Below are positions 37,586 through 51,734 of a stretch of DNA of 64,000 nt, in pieces (position 1 is the first letter of the stretch; every line of letters begins with the position of its first letter). Where the stretch lies: contig MU058650.1 of NCBI GenBank assembly GCA_013265495.1, forward strand, positions 399,394 through 463,393. The letters run 5' to 3'. Position numbers and translations under genes: made by a program. Under the pieces are notes generated by a model. The model did no database searches, was not told where the DNA came from, and worked only from the letters and a program-made list of their open reading frames with translations. Source of the stretch: Vicugna vicugna (taxonomy: Eukaryota).

Positions 37586-40500
37586 TTTTAAAAAGAAAAC
37601 TGTATAAAGTAATGCAGAAATTCCAAGGTTAAAAAAGTTTACACCAGGCTTCATTTCAAAAGTAAAACACTAGGCATTACTAACCAATGTGTAAAATAGT
37701 TAATAAAATCTCTACAAATCAAAAAAGAATATTGAAGTCAATAGAAATGAGAAACGACAACCTCAAAACACTCTGATAAATTCAAAACGAAACCTCACCA
37801 AGTGTGATTTCTGCTTGGCAATGCAAGTCGCTTTAGCTCTCTGTCTTCAGAATTTGCCGCAACACTAAAAGAAAGTGTTCTCTGAATACAGAGGGATATC
37901 GTAGTAGAGTATAAAAAGATAAACATTTTAAGTTCAGTTTCATAGTGTTGGTCACAGACATCACACAAGCCAATATTACTTTAAGAAACACTGCCATCCT
38001 CATAGATTGCATATTGTAACTCAGGTTACTCAAATTAAAATGATCTACGAAGGCAGACGATAGATTCATTTTCAAGAATGAGGATCCATGAAGATGATAT
38101 AAATAATGCATTTCAGGGAGCTCTCTCTCATGCCTCCTACTTTCGTCTTTCTCCCTACACTTCCTTCACAGAGTCCTGTGGCATAAAATGCAATTCTAAT
38201 AACTAGAAAGAACGAACCTAAGCAAATGAGCATTTTATCTATTTCTAATAAGCACTGGTTATGCAATGTTTATGTACATAAACTACACAGACATAGGTGG
38301 TGTAACTGAAGCAGAGAGGTAAAGTAAGTGGTTAAAGGTAGACAGATGAGAAGTCCAAACAGTGTACTTAAGGCAGCACTGGGAGCCCTCAGATTTAGCT
38401 AAATGGAATGGGAGTCATGTGGGAAAGGATCCATTCTCCTCACATTTTCTTTCTTACCGCCAGCCTAAGAACTTGCCAAAGGCAAAAATACAAATGAGTC
38501 AAAACCCTTGTTAGGCAATTTTTAGGGCATTATAGTATTTTGAAACTGACAATATAATCCCCCCAGTAGAAAAGTTACCAGAACAGAACGCTTATCTGTG
38601 ACTTTCACCTTCCCTTTAAAGCATATAAATTAGTTTTCTCCTCATTAATAGTGTGCTAACAATATATACTAATTTCCAAAACGTTCTGTAGGCTTTGATG
38701 AGTCGTACCCTGCTGTCAAGTGAGTGAGTAAAAATTGTTTATGAAATGAGTGAATAAATTGGTATTTTTTTACTTCAAAAATTCCTTTTTGCTAGACTTA
38801 CTAGAAGACACTGTTATTTTACTTCCAATAATACAGCAGCAAAAGTAAATGGCATTGACATTGATGGAAACTACTGAAAAGAACTAGATAAATATTTAGT
38901 AGTTTTCAATTTCAAAAGCGTGTGCACTGATCAATGAAGCAGAAAATACGTAAATTTTAGGGGAAAATGAACCAGTCACTCTTTACTACATGTAACTGGT
39001 GTGAAGTGCTCAGAAATGCAGTAAAATGATATACACATATTTATAAAATTCCAAGAATAACCTAAGCATCTAAGTACTTGAAAGGGAAATTTTATCATAA
39101 GACAATAACAGGGAGAAACGTAGCATTTCATTTTTTTCCCCACAAAATCCAATTCACACTTAGAATGGTGAAAATTCATTTTCTGAAGCCTGTCTGACAT
39201 CCAGTGAACCGTAGTTTTATTAGTTATCAAATGTCAAGACAAACTGAATTTGAGTCAGAGTCCTGCAGCCTTGTAACTTTATGTGAGAAACAGCTGCTTT
39301 CAGCTCTTACCAAGGAGGGTAAAGATGGGGATTCAAGTCTGAGAGAGCTCATTATCAAATTTACAAACTATTAACATACTAGTTGTGCAAAGACGAAGCG
39401 GTCTTCACCAAGACGTCTGCATCCAAAGGGTTTGCTTGATTTTCAGTTTCCCTGGGATATTAACATGCCCACTCAACACTGAACTCTGATCACCTTACAC
39501 ATATACCTTTCCCTCATGGATATTTACCATTTACTTAAAAAATTAAGCAAATACATCATTTTAACGGCCTTTATAGTCCTTTTTATTGATATTGTATTGA
39601 TGGAGGTTTGGAGCTTATGATGTCAACAAAGTGTTTCCATTGGTCTTTGGATATTTTCAAAACTCAAGGTATCCAGCAATTTTCAAACTGTGTTAATTGC
39701 AAGAGTGCCCCCATATATCGTGACTCATTTTCAAGAATGGATAGAATGAACCTGCTAACTCTAGTATCTCTGTGGGTTTAATTCCTGTTTTAGAATTTAA
39801 AAGTTCAGTAGACATCTCTATATTCTTTTGAAGTTTCCACATTTGGTTCCTCCTTGACTCCATGGTGGGAGTCCTGTGAATCGTCTGGCTGTAAGTCTGG
39901 TCCTGCCCAGGGTAAAGATTCGGGTTCCCATTAAAGTTTGTCCTGATGCCTATCTTCCATATTTGCTGCCTGGTTTCTGTGATACTTGTGTCTTGCATCC
40001 TCTAAGACTGAGCCTGGATTTCTGTTCCTTCTTTCTTTGCTGGATTCAGCTGTTTCACCTGGACTTAGAGTACTTGTGTTCCCTTGCCAGTATGAACTTA
40101 GTTTTGCTTTTCAGATGTCAACATCGGATTCCCTGAGCTGCCAGAATTCTGGTCCTAGTGTTTCCTGGTTGCCCAGTCTTGTCTTTCTACCTGTTCTTCC
40201 CAACCCAAAACTGACACTGATACTCGGTGTTTAATTCTACCAACATTTGCAACCCAAGTTTTGGGTTTATGATGGGAATGCCTCTCTACTCCCACCACAA
40301 TAGAGGAAGGTATTTTGTTACTAACATGTTTAGAGTTCCCTAGGCAAGGTGATTAAAATAAACATATCAACTTTTATTTAGTTTCATTATTTTTTAATTG
40401 TACTCCTTATTTCCTGAACTTGAGATCATTGATCTCACTGTCTCCTTGGTATACTATCTCTCCATAAGAGAATTTAAGGGGGAAGATGCTGGCTACTTTC

Positions 40501-41397
40501 TGACAAAAAGGGAGGATGGCAGATGGAAGAGTCACTAACTTTTAAAGGCACAGCTTCTCATAACTCTGAACTATTTACTACTGAAGATATGGGGATGGAA
40601 GTGGGTAAGGTTGTCATAATGTTTTCCTTATAAAATAGTTTTCACTGTTTTTAATTATCTGATCTTTGTCTAGATCACAGACTGGGCTTGTGGAAAAACT
40701 CTAAGTTTTAGAATCAGACAAGTCTTGATTCAAATTCTGATTTATTCACAATGTTATCTGGATTATTTAACTTTACTGAAATCCAGTTTATTTTTCTGAA
40801 AATGGAGATAATGTAAAAAGATCCCCTGTTAGTCATGCAGGATTAAATGAGATCACATTTTATCCTTTCCTAATAATCACTGCATACACTTTTAGTTAGG
40901 TACAGACAAAAACATACAAAATAATCACATAATACACCCACTCCCACATATAAATGTACCTGTCTGAGAAATAATGTGGCAACTAACATGCACTTTTACT
41001 ACTATATACCAGGTGCTATTCTACGCACTTTGCACATTTCAACTAATTGAAATGCTCACACTATAACTATGCAGCATATACACTTAGTATCTTAACTTTA
41101 TAGGTTATGAAACTGGATGAAAGTGGTTAAGGGTGAAAAGTCGAAAGCTCTAAGGAGTGTATTGAAGATAGCACTGGGGAACTGCAGCCTTGGCTGAATG
41201 CAATAAGAGGAGCATGGAGAAAGATTCTCCTTTTTGCTTCATCTTTATTTCAAACTAAAGGGCTTTTCAAAGACAAAAATATAAAATGAAGCAAAACTCA
41301 CATTAGATTGCTTCAATATTCAGTGCTATTGTTATTACCTTAGTTAATAGATAATACCTACTCTAAATGCCATTGACTTAAAAAGTTAGAATTACTG

Positions 41398-43377
41398 GAT
41401 ATTTCCAGTCAAGATGGCGGACTAGCAGGACCATGAGCTCGTCTCTCCTTGTGACCACAATGAAACCACAACTGACTGCCAAACAACCATCAGAAGAAAG
41501 AGTGGAACCTCGCAAAAGAGATCTTCTTCAACTGGCAACATAAAGAGGGAATCACAGTGGGATGGTAAGAAACACGTGCTCGTGATATAATCAGGCCCCA
41601 CCCTCCCCAAGTGGGCCACCAACAAGCTAAAGGATAATTAAGTCGCAGAGGCCCTCCCTCAGGACTGAGAGTTCTAATCCCCGCATTAGGCTCCCCAGCC
41701 CAGGATTCCGGCACTGGGAGGAGGAGGAAACCCCAGGACATCTGGTTTTGAAGGCCAGCGGGCTTAGCTCCAGGAGCCCCACAGGACTCAGAGACTTCAT
41801 TTGCTTGGGAAGCATACACAGAATCTCGTGTGCACCAGGTCAAAGGACAGAGGCAGTGAATTCACAGGAACCTGGGCCAGACCTGCCTGCTGGTTTTAGA
41901 AGGTCTCCTGGAGATGTAGGGAACATAAAAGCTGGTGTTGGACATTCCAGGAGTATTCATCTACATGAGCTTTCCTGGAGGCTGACATCTGGATTGGATC
42001 ATAGGCACCAAGACCCAGCCCCACCCAGCAGCCTATAGGGAAGCCTCAGATCAAACAACATACTGGGTAGGAATACAGCCCCACCCATCAGCAGACTTCC
42101 TGAGCCCCAAATGCCTTCAGACATGGCTCTTCCCACCAGAGGTCCAGGACCAAGCTTCACTCAGCAGTGAGCAAGCACTGACTCTTCCTGCCAGGAAAAC
42201 TGCATAAGCCTCTAGTCCAGCCTCATCCACCAGGGGCCAGATACCAGAAATAAGAAAACAACAAACCCAAAGCCTGGTATCCACAAACACAGGCCAGACT
42301 ACACTGGGACAGGCTGAACCCTGGCTCTTAGGTCACAAGAGATGAGGGTACTGCTGGAACACATAAGACGTCTGCCACAGAGGCCCACCTCTCCAAGGTC
42401 GAGAAATGTAACTAACCTACCTAAAAATACAAGTAGAAAGATAGACAATATGAAGTGACAGAGGAATATCTCCCAGGCCAAGGCACAAGATAAAATCCCA
42501 GAAGTAGAAATTAAGTGTTGAGGGGATAGGCAATTTATCTGAGAGTTTAAAGTAATGATGGTGAAGAAGTTCAGAGAACTCAATAGGAGTATAGATGCAC
42601 AGAGTGAAGTTTTTAGCAAAGAGTTGGAAAATATAAAGAATACCCAAACAGAGTTGAAGAATAAAATCACTGAAATGAATAACAAACTAGAAGGAACCAA
42701 GAATAGATTAAATGAGGCAGAAGAAAAGATCAATGAGATAGTGGATTAGTGGAAATAACTACTGCAGAACAGAAAAAAGAAAAAAAGATTGAAAACGAAT
42801 GAGGATAGTTCAAGAGAACTCTGGGACAACAGGAAGTGCACTAATATTCACATTATAGAGGTCCCAAAAAGAGAAGAGAGAGAGAAGGGACCTGAGAAAA
42901 TTTTTGGAGAGATAATCACCAAAAACTCCCCCACTTTGGGAAAGGAAACAGTCACCCAAGTCCAGGAAGTGCAGAGAGTTCCACACAGGATCAACCCAGA
43001 ACGGAAAACACCTAGTAATCAAAGTGACAAAAATTAAGGATAAGGAGAAGATATTAAAGCTAGCAAGAGAAAAGCAACAAATAACACAGAAGAGAACTAC
43101 CATTAAGTTTATCAGCTGATTTATCAGCAGAAACTCTACAGGCCAGAAGGGAGTGGCACGATATATTTAAAGTGATGAAAGGGAAAAACTTACAACCAAG
43201 AATACTCTATCCAGCAAGGCTCTCATTCAGATTTGATGAAGAAATAAAAACCTTTACAGATAAACAAAAGCTAAAAGAATTCAGCAGCACCAAACCAACT
43301 TTACAACAAATGTTAAAGGAACTTGTCAGCCATCAAACCATAAGAAAAGAGAACAAAAGAAGAAAGAGAAAAAAAGA
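41398..43377 (+). mobile_element. L1 5'UTR plus disrupted ORF1, truncated after ORF1
   Basis: CAAGATGGCGGA (YY1-type L1 start) near 41410; GC-rich UTR; ORF1 pieces ELKNKITEMNNKLEG, NIHIIEVP and NLQPRILYPARLSF; ATG at 42450 followed by a stop. Confidence 0.9.
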
Positions 43378-43915
43378 TTGCTTTTGCAGTTTGGGGTCTG
43401 TTAGGGTCCCATATAAATTTTGGAATTGTTTGTTCTAGTTCTGTGAAAAATGTCGTATTTTGACAGGGTTTGTATTAGATATGTAGACTGCTTTGGATAG
43501 TACAGCCATTTTGATAATGTTGATTCCTCCAATCCAAGGGCACAACATATCTTTCCATTTCTTTGTATCATCTTCAGTTTCCTTCATCAATGTTTTACAG
43601 TTTTCAGAGCATACATAACCTCCTTGGTTAAGTTTATTTCTAGGTACTTTGTTGTTTTTTGATGCAATGAAAATGTTTATGCCAATAAACATAAAATTCT
43701 GGATTTTGAAGTGAAAAGAAAAAAAAGTGAATGAAGGGCTACAAATGGCAAAATACTCTTCTTTCTTATGGCTGAGTTGAATTCCATTACATATATATGC
43801 TGCATCTTCTTTATCCATTCATCTATTGATGTGCACTTAGGATGCTTCCGTATCTTGGCGATTATAAATAATGTGCTATTAATAGTGGGATGTATGTATC
43901 TTTTTGAATTAATTC
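43378..43915 (-). mobile_element. Non-contiguous antisense L1 ORF2/3' fragments
   Basis: ENCKTLMKETEDDTKKWKDMLCPWIG (43380-43670) and an ORF2-end/3'UTR piece (43740-43915). Confidence 0.8.
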
Positions 43916-45432
43916 TTATTTTGTGGTTGGCTTTATTCCTTTGATAACTAGTAAGTTTAAAAAGCTAAAGCTCTAAACGTTCTTAGAAACAATGAACAGT
44001 ATATGTATGTAAATTAATAATATGTGCAGTATATTGTGTCTATGTATTTATGTGCAATATAGTGTATATGTGCAGTCACATTGTAACAATTCTACCTAAT
44101 AAAACTGAAAAAACAAAAAAAATGACTTCAGGAAAAAAATGTAAAGATGCAGGCATCAGCCCTCAGATTTCTTGGTTCTTGCTGTTCACAGAAACTCAAA
44201 ATGGAACAGACTCATAGACAATGCATCATGGATGCAGCACATGGAGGGAAAAAAATTGAAGTCCAATATAAATCCATGCTCAAATGTCAAGACGGATGAA
44301 AAACAAGTATTTGTTTTCAAGTTAACTTTTATCATTACAGATTTGTGTGTGTGTGTGAGAGAAAAAGGTAAAAAAAAAAAAAGAATTACTCGTTCTTGAT
44401 TGTTTATCTTCTACCCCCTAAAAATCTGAAGAGAAAAATACATTATTTATGTTAACATGTACTGAATATTTGCTTTTCTAGTTATGAGAGGATCAAAATT
44501 ATAATCCATGCTTCCTTCAGTTTATCTAGTTCTTAGTATTCATCATACACCTGTAATATTCCAGCAGTCAAGCATCATAAAGGCTTGCAATAGGCACAGG
44601 AAGGTCTATAGCATCTTCCTAAAACTTCTACTTTATAGGTTTGGTTATCTTAGCAGAAACTTCCTATTATAGCTTAATTTAACTGAATTCTACCACTGGA
44701 ATTATAATTCCTCACTGCGTCATCTCCATATGATAGGAAAACATGGAATAATAAGATGATCAAGAGAGGGACAATATGTACATTAAAAGACTGGGCTATT
44801 ATTGTGTGTAACAGACTTCAAATGCCCCCGTGGGGTACTCCCTCTAGTTTGCTAGTTCTTTATTCTTGGCATTCAACTTTACCTGGTTTCCTTTCACATT
44901 TCTAACATAAAACAAAAGTGGTCTATACAGTATTTTTCTCCGTGGTATGATTATTCCACCAAAAATCCTACACAGACATTAAATCCAGCAGAACTCATTA
45001 ATTTTATTAAATCAACAGATTTATGGCCCTTAAAAATGCTACCATTGAGATTTTTTTCAATAGCAATTAAATTTTAGCAAATACTTCTTGGCTTAAAATA
45101 GTACTTTGCAAATGTTCTAGAAATTAAGCTGGAAAGATTGTAATAAGTAGAAAACTTAAGTTAGGCAGATAGAGGATTTCTAATTTATATCCCTCTGAAT
45201 GTATTTCTTATAATGTACTTATTTTTACTCTGTACAAGGGTAATATTCTCCCTTACTTGCATTTTCCTCCCTCTGGCCATACCGTCCTTACTCTGGATTC
45301 AGCACATGTGTGTTGCCTAGTCTGGACCACCAGACTCAACCCCCTTAAGCCTTTTAAACAGCAAAGCCACCTGCACACCTATTTTAGATACATATGTACA
45401 CAATGCCATTAAAGATACATTAAGAACACCTG

Positions 45433-47640
45433 GTTTTGTTGATGGTTTCCTTTGCTGTGCAAAAGCTTTTAAGTTTAATTAGGTCCCATTTGTTTATTTT
45501 TGTTTTTGTTTCCATTATTTTAGGGGAAGGATCCAAAAAAAAATATTGCTGTGATTTATGTCAAAGAGTGTATTTTTCCTTTAGGAGTTTTAAAGCATCT
45601 GGTCTTACATGGAGGTCTTTAATCCATTTTGAGTTTATTTTTTGTATATGGTGTTAGAGAATGTTCTAATTTCATTCTTTTACAAGTAACTCTCTGGTTT
45701 TCCCAGCACCACTTATTGAAGAGATTGTCTTTTTCCCATTGTCTATTATTGCCTCCCTTGTCATAGATGAACTGACCGTAAGTTTTTAGGTTTATTTCTG
45801 GGGTGTCCGTTCTGTTCCAATTATCCATGTGTCTGTTTCTGTTCCAGTATCATACAATTTTGATTACTGTAGCTTGGTAACAGTCTGAAGTCAGGGTGCA
45901 TGATACCTCCAGTTCTGTTCTTCTTTCTCAAGATTGTTTTGGCAATTTGGGGTCTTTTGTGTTTCCATACAAATTTTAAAATTATTTGTTCTAGTTCTGT
46001 GAAAAATGTCATTGGTATTTTTGATGGGATTGCACTGAATCTGTGGATTGCATTGAATCTGCAGATTGCCTTGGGTAGTATGATCATTTTAATAATATTG
46101 ATTCTTCCAATCCAAGAACATGGTATATCTTTTCATCTATTTGTGTAATCTTCAGTTTCTTTTATCAGTGTCTTAGAGTTTTCTGAATAAAGAAAAAAGC
46201 CTTTTACCTTCTTAAGTAGGTTTATTCCTAGGTATTTTATTCTCTTTGATATGATGGTAAATGGGACTGTTTCCTTAATTTTTCTTTCTGATAGTTCATT
46301 GTTAGTGTATAGAAATGCAACCGATTTCTGTATATTCATTTTGTATCTTGTAATCTTACAAAATTGATTGATAAGCTCAGTAGTTTTCTGGTGGTATCTT
46401 AAGGATTTGCTACGTATAGTATCATGTCATCTGCAAACAGTGACATTTTACTTCTTTCCAATTTGTATTACTTTTATTTCTTTTCCTTCTCTGTTTGTTG
46501 TGGCTAAGATCTACAGAATTATGTTGAATAAAAGTGGCAAGAGTGGACACCCTTGTCTTGTTCCTGATCTTAGAAGAAATGTTTTCAGCTTTTCACCTTT
46601 CAGTATGATGTTAGCTATGGGTCTTTTATATATGGCCTTTATTATGTGGAGGCATGTTCTGTCTATGCCAACCTACTGAATGGGAGAAGATAGTTGCAAA
46701 TGATACGACTGATAAGGGGTTAAGATCCAATACATATAAATAGCTCATAGAATTCAACATAAAAAAAAGGAAACCACACACCATAATAGAAATGGGCAGA
46801 AGAACTGAGTAGACATTTTTCCAAAGAGGAAATGCAGATGACCAACAGGTACATGAAAAGATGCTCAACATTGCTAATCATCCAGGAAATACAAATCAAA
46901 ACCACAATAAAATGTCACCTCATACCTGTCAGAATGGCTACCATCAAAAAGAACACAAATCACAAATGTTGGCAAGGATGTGGAGAAAGGGAACCCTCAT
47001 ACACTATTGGTGGGAATGTAAATTGGTTCGGCCACTGTGGAAAACAGTATGGAGATTTCTCAAAAAGCTAAAGATAGAAATACCATATGACCCAGCAATT
47101 CCACTCCTCGGTACATACCCAAAAAAGCCCCAAAAGACTAATTCAAAAAGATACACGCACCCCAATGTTCACAGCAGTGTTTCTTACAATTGCCAAGGTA
47201 TGGAAGCACCAAAAGTGTCCCTCCACAGATGAATAGGTAAAGAAGATGTGGTATATAGATACACAGTGAAATACTACTCAGTTGTAAAAAAAATTTGCCA
47301 TTTCAGCAACATGTATGTACTTAGTGGGCATTATGCTGAGTGAAATAAGTCAGACAGAGAAAGACAAGTACTATACATCACTTATATGTGGAATCTAAAA
47401 AATTTTTAAAAACTTATTTTTTGAATACAACAACAACAAAAAAGTAGACTCACAGAGGTAGAGAATAAACTAGCAATTACCAGCGGGGAGACTGAAGGGG
47501 GACGTGGCAATATAGGGGTAGAGGATTAAAACATGGGTTATTATGGGATTATATGAAATCATGTATGTGAAATTTTTGAAAATTATAAAACTACTATGGA
47601 ATTTGAAAAATCTTTCATTCAGTAAAAAAAGAAAAATTAA
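45433..47640 (+). mobile_element. L1 with twin-priming 5' inversion (inverted 45433-~46668, forward ~46669-47640)
   Basis: Left arm is antisense ORF2 ([21 protein letters not shown]); right arm is sense ORF2 end and 3'UTR; the outer end of the left arm (..GGAAACCATCAACAAAAC) is nearly contiguous in L1 with the start of the right arm (CAACCTACTGAATGGGAG). Confidence 0.85.
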
Positions 47641-48545
47641 AATACCAGCCGGCTCTGGAATCATATTACTTTATAATTTATTGCTAAAATTTCATAAGAA
47701 AGTTCAGTTTAAGAAGAAAATAAAAATCTAAAGTTCACCACTGTTTATCTATACTAAAAGTAATTGCTGTCCTCAAAAAAAAAAAAAAAGTCGTATGCCC
47801 TGACATTATGCAACCCGTATGATATTCTATGTATCGTTACAGAATTATTCATTAGGTAGACATGGATCTGAATCACTCAAAATATTGCTATAATTTTAAT
47901 AAGAAATTAACAAGGAGTTCATCAGATCACGCTAACAAATGGTGATTTGTATACATTTGCAAAACCCTTCCATTATGTAGTTTGGAAAATAAAGGTGCTT
48001 CCACTAAAAACCATTGATAATTTGGACAATAGCTGAATTATTTACATGTATTCTTCAGGATTAGTGGGATCTCACTTAATTGACAATGAAGTGCAAAATA
48101 CCAGTTAACCATGATTTAACTGATAATGCAATGCATGTTTTAACATAACTTGTTGTTTGTTTTTGACTGCCAAGGTAAGATTTTTAGTTCATATTGGAAT
48201 CCTACTCTTTAAGAAAAACGAATTATGTGGTAAAAGTTGCCTAGATTTCAGCAAGCATTTTTTTTATAATAATGAATTTAGAGGACTAATTCTACAGAAT
48301 CTTTCTTCATTGAGGAATATCATGATTCACAGTTACCTATGTCTATAATATAAATCAATTCATAATGAAAGCTTACTTATAAAGCAGACCTACCTGGATT
48401 CCATATAAATATTTCTAAATTAAAGAGGTGTCCATCATTTATTCTCAAGTTTAAATAGAAAAAGAAAATTGTATACTTGCAATTTAATTAAGATGACCAT
48501 TTACTACTAAAAAGTCTTTATATATAAGTAACTAAATTCCATTAC

Positions 48546-49031
48546 CTTATAAATATCCAAAAATCCACACTGGTGGTCAAATCTTGTGTACAGTTCATTC
48601 AGCATGCTGATCACTTGCATAGGGGTACACTGGGCACATATGGCTGTGAAGCCAACAATGTCTGAAAAGAGCATGGTGACATCATCAAACTTTCTGGCCT
48701 GCACTTGCTGCCCTTGCCACAACTGCTGGGCTACATCACCAGGGAAGATAGAATATAGAAGATCCACTGTTTTTTTTTTCTCTTCTTCCAGGGCCTGGTG
48801 AGTTCTTTCTAAAGTTGCTTTTAATTTATCCATCCTCTTCTTCAAGCCATCTTGGGCCTTTGCCTGCTCGCCAACCAAAATGACATCTCTGGTAGCGTCA
48901 TGGATTGGAATGTCTGAGAGGTGCAGCCCTCGTCCCATAAGTTCATCCAGCTTGTCCACACATGGAGAGCCCAAGAATAAAATGGAATTTGATTCTGGGA
49001 CATGGATCATTTGTCCTTTGACTTCCATCAC
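48546..49031 (-). CDS. GUCY1A2: Soluble guanylate cyclase alpha-2 internal coding exon (PAS/H-NOBA end, coiled coil, start of cyclase domain; probably exon 5)
   Basis: Minus strand reads ttttgcAG|GTG ATG GAA...ATT TAT AAG|GTaatg; 486 nt = 162 codons, no stop; encodes [23 protein letters not shown]...[14 protein letters not shown]...[45 protein letters not shown], typical of sGC alpha-2. Exon number is recalled from the human gene structure. Confidence 0.97.
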
Positions 49032-51734
49032 CTGCAAAATTAACATGTAATTTTGATCAGCACTCTTCACATAGTAGGTTCACAAAAATTTATCATCTGA
49101 TGTAGAGGAAGAACAAAAAATGTTTTATTAGCTCTACTGACTTTCTGCACTCATAGAAGCGGATTCAAATGTGATTTACAGCCAATGTAAAAGTTATGTT
49201 CAAGATAGAAACATTCATTGCTTTTTTCCCACTTGGCCACTGTCTTAAGATAATGAACAAATTTGGAAAGTGAGATAAATGAGAAATGAAACAGGAAAAC
49301 GTTTTCATTCAAAATGAAGTTGCACCCTTGTACATCATGAAACTGTCTCATGAGCCAGTTCAAAAACTTTCAACTTGCTTAATAATAATAGAATTAGGAT
49401 AAATCCATCTGTTGAAATAGCTACATTCAACTGTCATTAAAATAACACTCAGAAAACAAGTCTAGGAGATTAAATAAATCAAAATAATTGTTTAGTCTTA
49501 TGTAATTCATTTTTCCTCCAGTTGTAGTCCTGTGAAAATACAGTAGTTTTTACACTGACTAGATTAGTTTGCAATTCATTTGGCCTTAAAAATAAAAATT
49601 TAAAATTAGTTACCATTAAGCCAACATTACCAGAAAATAATTATTAATCAACGAGCACATTCAATATAAGCTGAAAAGAGCCCCCCAAATCGGGATAGTA
49701 TTAAAGGAATTGAGTTAGTAAGATAAAGAATCTGAAGATGTAGTAATTTAAACCTATCTCTCCTTGCTGTGCTCTTTGACTGGAGAATTTGGAGACTCGA
49801 TGTTTAAGGGAGAACTTCAGGAACACTGGCTTACACTATATTAGCCTGGTGCCCTGAGGACCGCTCAGAAGGGATGAGCACCAGTAAGTAGGAAAGGAAG
49901 GGAGACATAGGATGTGGTCATCCCAATCCAGTTATTTGGGTTGGAATAACAATTTCAGCTCATCTGGAGGGGACGCTAGTTGTAATTACCTGGAGAGAAC
50001 AGCTTGCACGCTGACCAACCAAGACTCCACATCAGTTTTACTTTTATCACTTTCCCCTAATACATGGGATGTGCTCAATAAGTTTACTTTCTTTTGTTCT
50101 TCGTAACATGAAGTAGTTAGGCTAGTTGATAACACTGGAGACGTAGAACAAATATGGGGTAAAACTACAGAGATCTGGATTTTTAAGCCTGCAGATGTTT
50201 TATTTTGTTCCCCTGCACCATTAACCAAGATCTATTCTTTCTAAGGAAATAAAATTGAATCCTTGCTTGATGATATAATTTTTATGAAATTAAATGTTCT
50301 CTTATATACAGAATCTGCTAGGGTTCAGTATTTCATCATTTTATGCATAATACTCTCATTTATTTATTGAAGTGTTTACTGAGTGTTTTTTAATTACCTA
50401 GTCATGCTCTGGATAAACAGCATAAAAAATAAGGTTCCCCTTTTCAAGATATCACAATATGGGAGGGAGAAGCACAACTACATAGCCCAGAGAATAAAAT
50501 GAAGAAGACCCTTCAATTCCTCACTCAAGGTGGGCTCTTAAAAGACTGCAGGCTACAGTTTGGATACAAAGAAAAGAGTTGTCCTGAAAAGTATTTCCAC
50601 GTTATTTCATACATGCCTGGTACGCTTTTTGAGGAAAAGGGTTTGTTAACAACATATACTTGTTAGACTATTAAAAGTGTAATAAGGAAGATACACATAA
50701 TGTACAACCTCATAGTTTCAAAATTAGTATGTTAATTTTTTCTTAAGTTTTAAGGTAAAAGCAATCCTCTGATTCTCATAGATTTAGACCTCCAACTGGT
50801 CTCTTTCTCTTTCTTCTTCCATTTCTTTTTAATTATTTTCTTTTTCTTCTACATCTTACTTCTGCTTTCTCCCCTTTGTTCTTTGGACATATTCCTTTTT
50901 TTTTCCCAACATTCTATCTTAGTCTTTATCTTGCCTGCTTCCCTGTCTTTCTTTCTCATCACTGGTTTTCCTTCATTTTCCTCATTGATTCTTCCTTTTT
51001 CTTTTTCTCTTTTTCCTGTATATTAACCTCCACATTTCCCATCACAAATGGACCTTTTTCTTCTCTGCCTTTGTTTCCATCTCTCTCTTTATTTTTTAAA
51101 AAAGAAATCAGTATATTTATATAGGCATAAATATTATATATTGTATGCTATATGTAATAAATAAGAGTGTTTTTCTTTAACTTCCAAAGAAGTTGAATGG
51201 AGTATGTTGTATCCCATCTATATTCTTGATTTGAATGTGGCCATTAGTTGATTTTTTTGAAATCTCTGAATCAACAGAGCCTGAGAGAAAAGATAATCAC
51301 TTACCTCTTGCAGTACAGGAAAAAACTCATGAAAGAGAAGCCCCAATATACACAGCAAATAACTTCATTCTAAAAATGTTTTTCATCAGTGAATTTTTTC
51401 CTTATAATTGGGCAAATTTAACTGGCACATCTCTGTCATAAATGCAGTTTTATCTTCTTTGGAAAATAACATTATTTTTCTTGAATTATGTTTGCTTTTT
51501 TATAATTATAAATATAGAAATTCACATGATCTGCATTTATTAATTTAGGAATATGCATAACTATTATAAGAACTACATATCTTTATGTAGAAGAAATAGA
51601 TTTGTGAAAAACTGCATTAAATTGAAATATCCCTCTAATGTTTTACTGCCTCCTAAAATATATTAAAGTTTTGATGAAATAGCTTAAGGGATAATACAAA
51701 ATCAACTACCATTAAATCTATCAGATTTCATAAA

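Larger units (their letters stand above)
16210..48545 (-). other. GUCY1A2: GUCY1A2 phase-0 GT-AG intron, 32,336 nt
   Basis: Donor GT at 48545-48544 and acceptor AG at 16211-16210; splicing restores the class III cyclase motif YKVETIGD. Confidence 0.93.

Noticed and set aside
31289..47640. L1 ORF1/ORF2 peptides as active reverse transcriptase or host genes
   Set aside because: All are truncated and frameshifted; no intact L1 is present.
48507..49070. 187-aa ORF as a standalone gene
   Set aside because: The first 13 and last 12 codons are intronic read-through beyond the AG and GT sites; only 48546-49031 is exon.
50795..51095. Pyrimidine-rich tract giving a Phe-rich ORF
   Set aside because: Low-complexity CT-rich sequence, not coding.
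51299..51307. Consensus donor GAG|GTAAGT on the minus strand
   Set aside because: No convincing acceptor or coding signal pairs with it; such 9-mers are expected in long introns.
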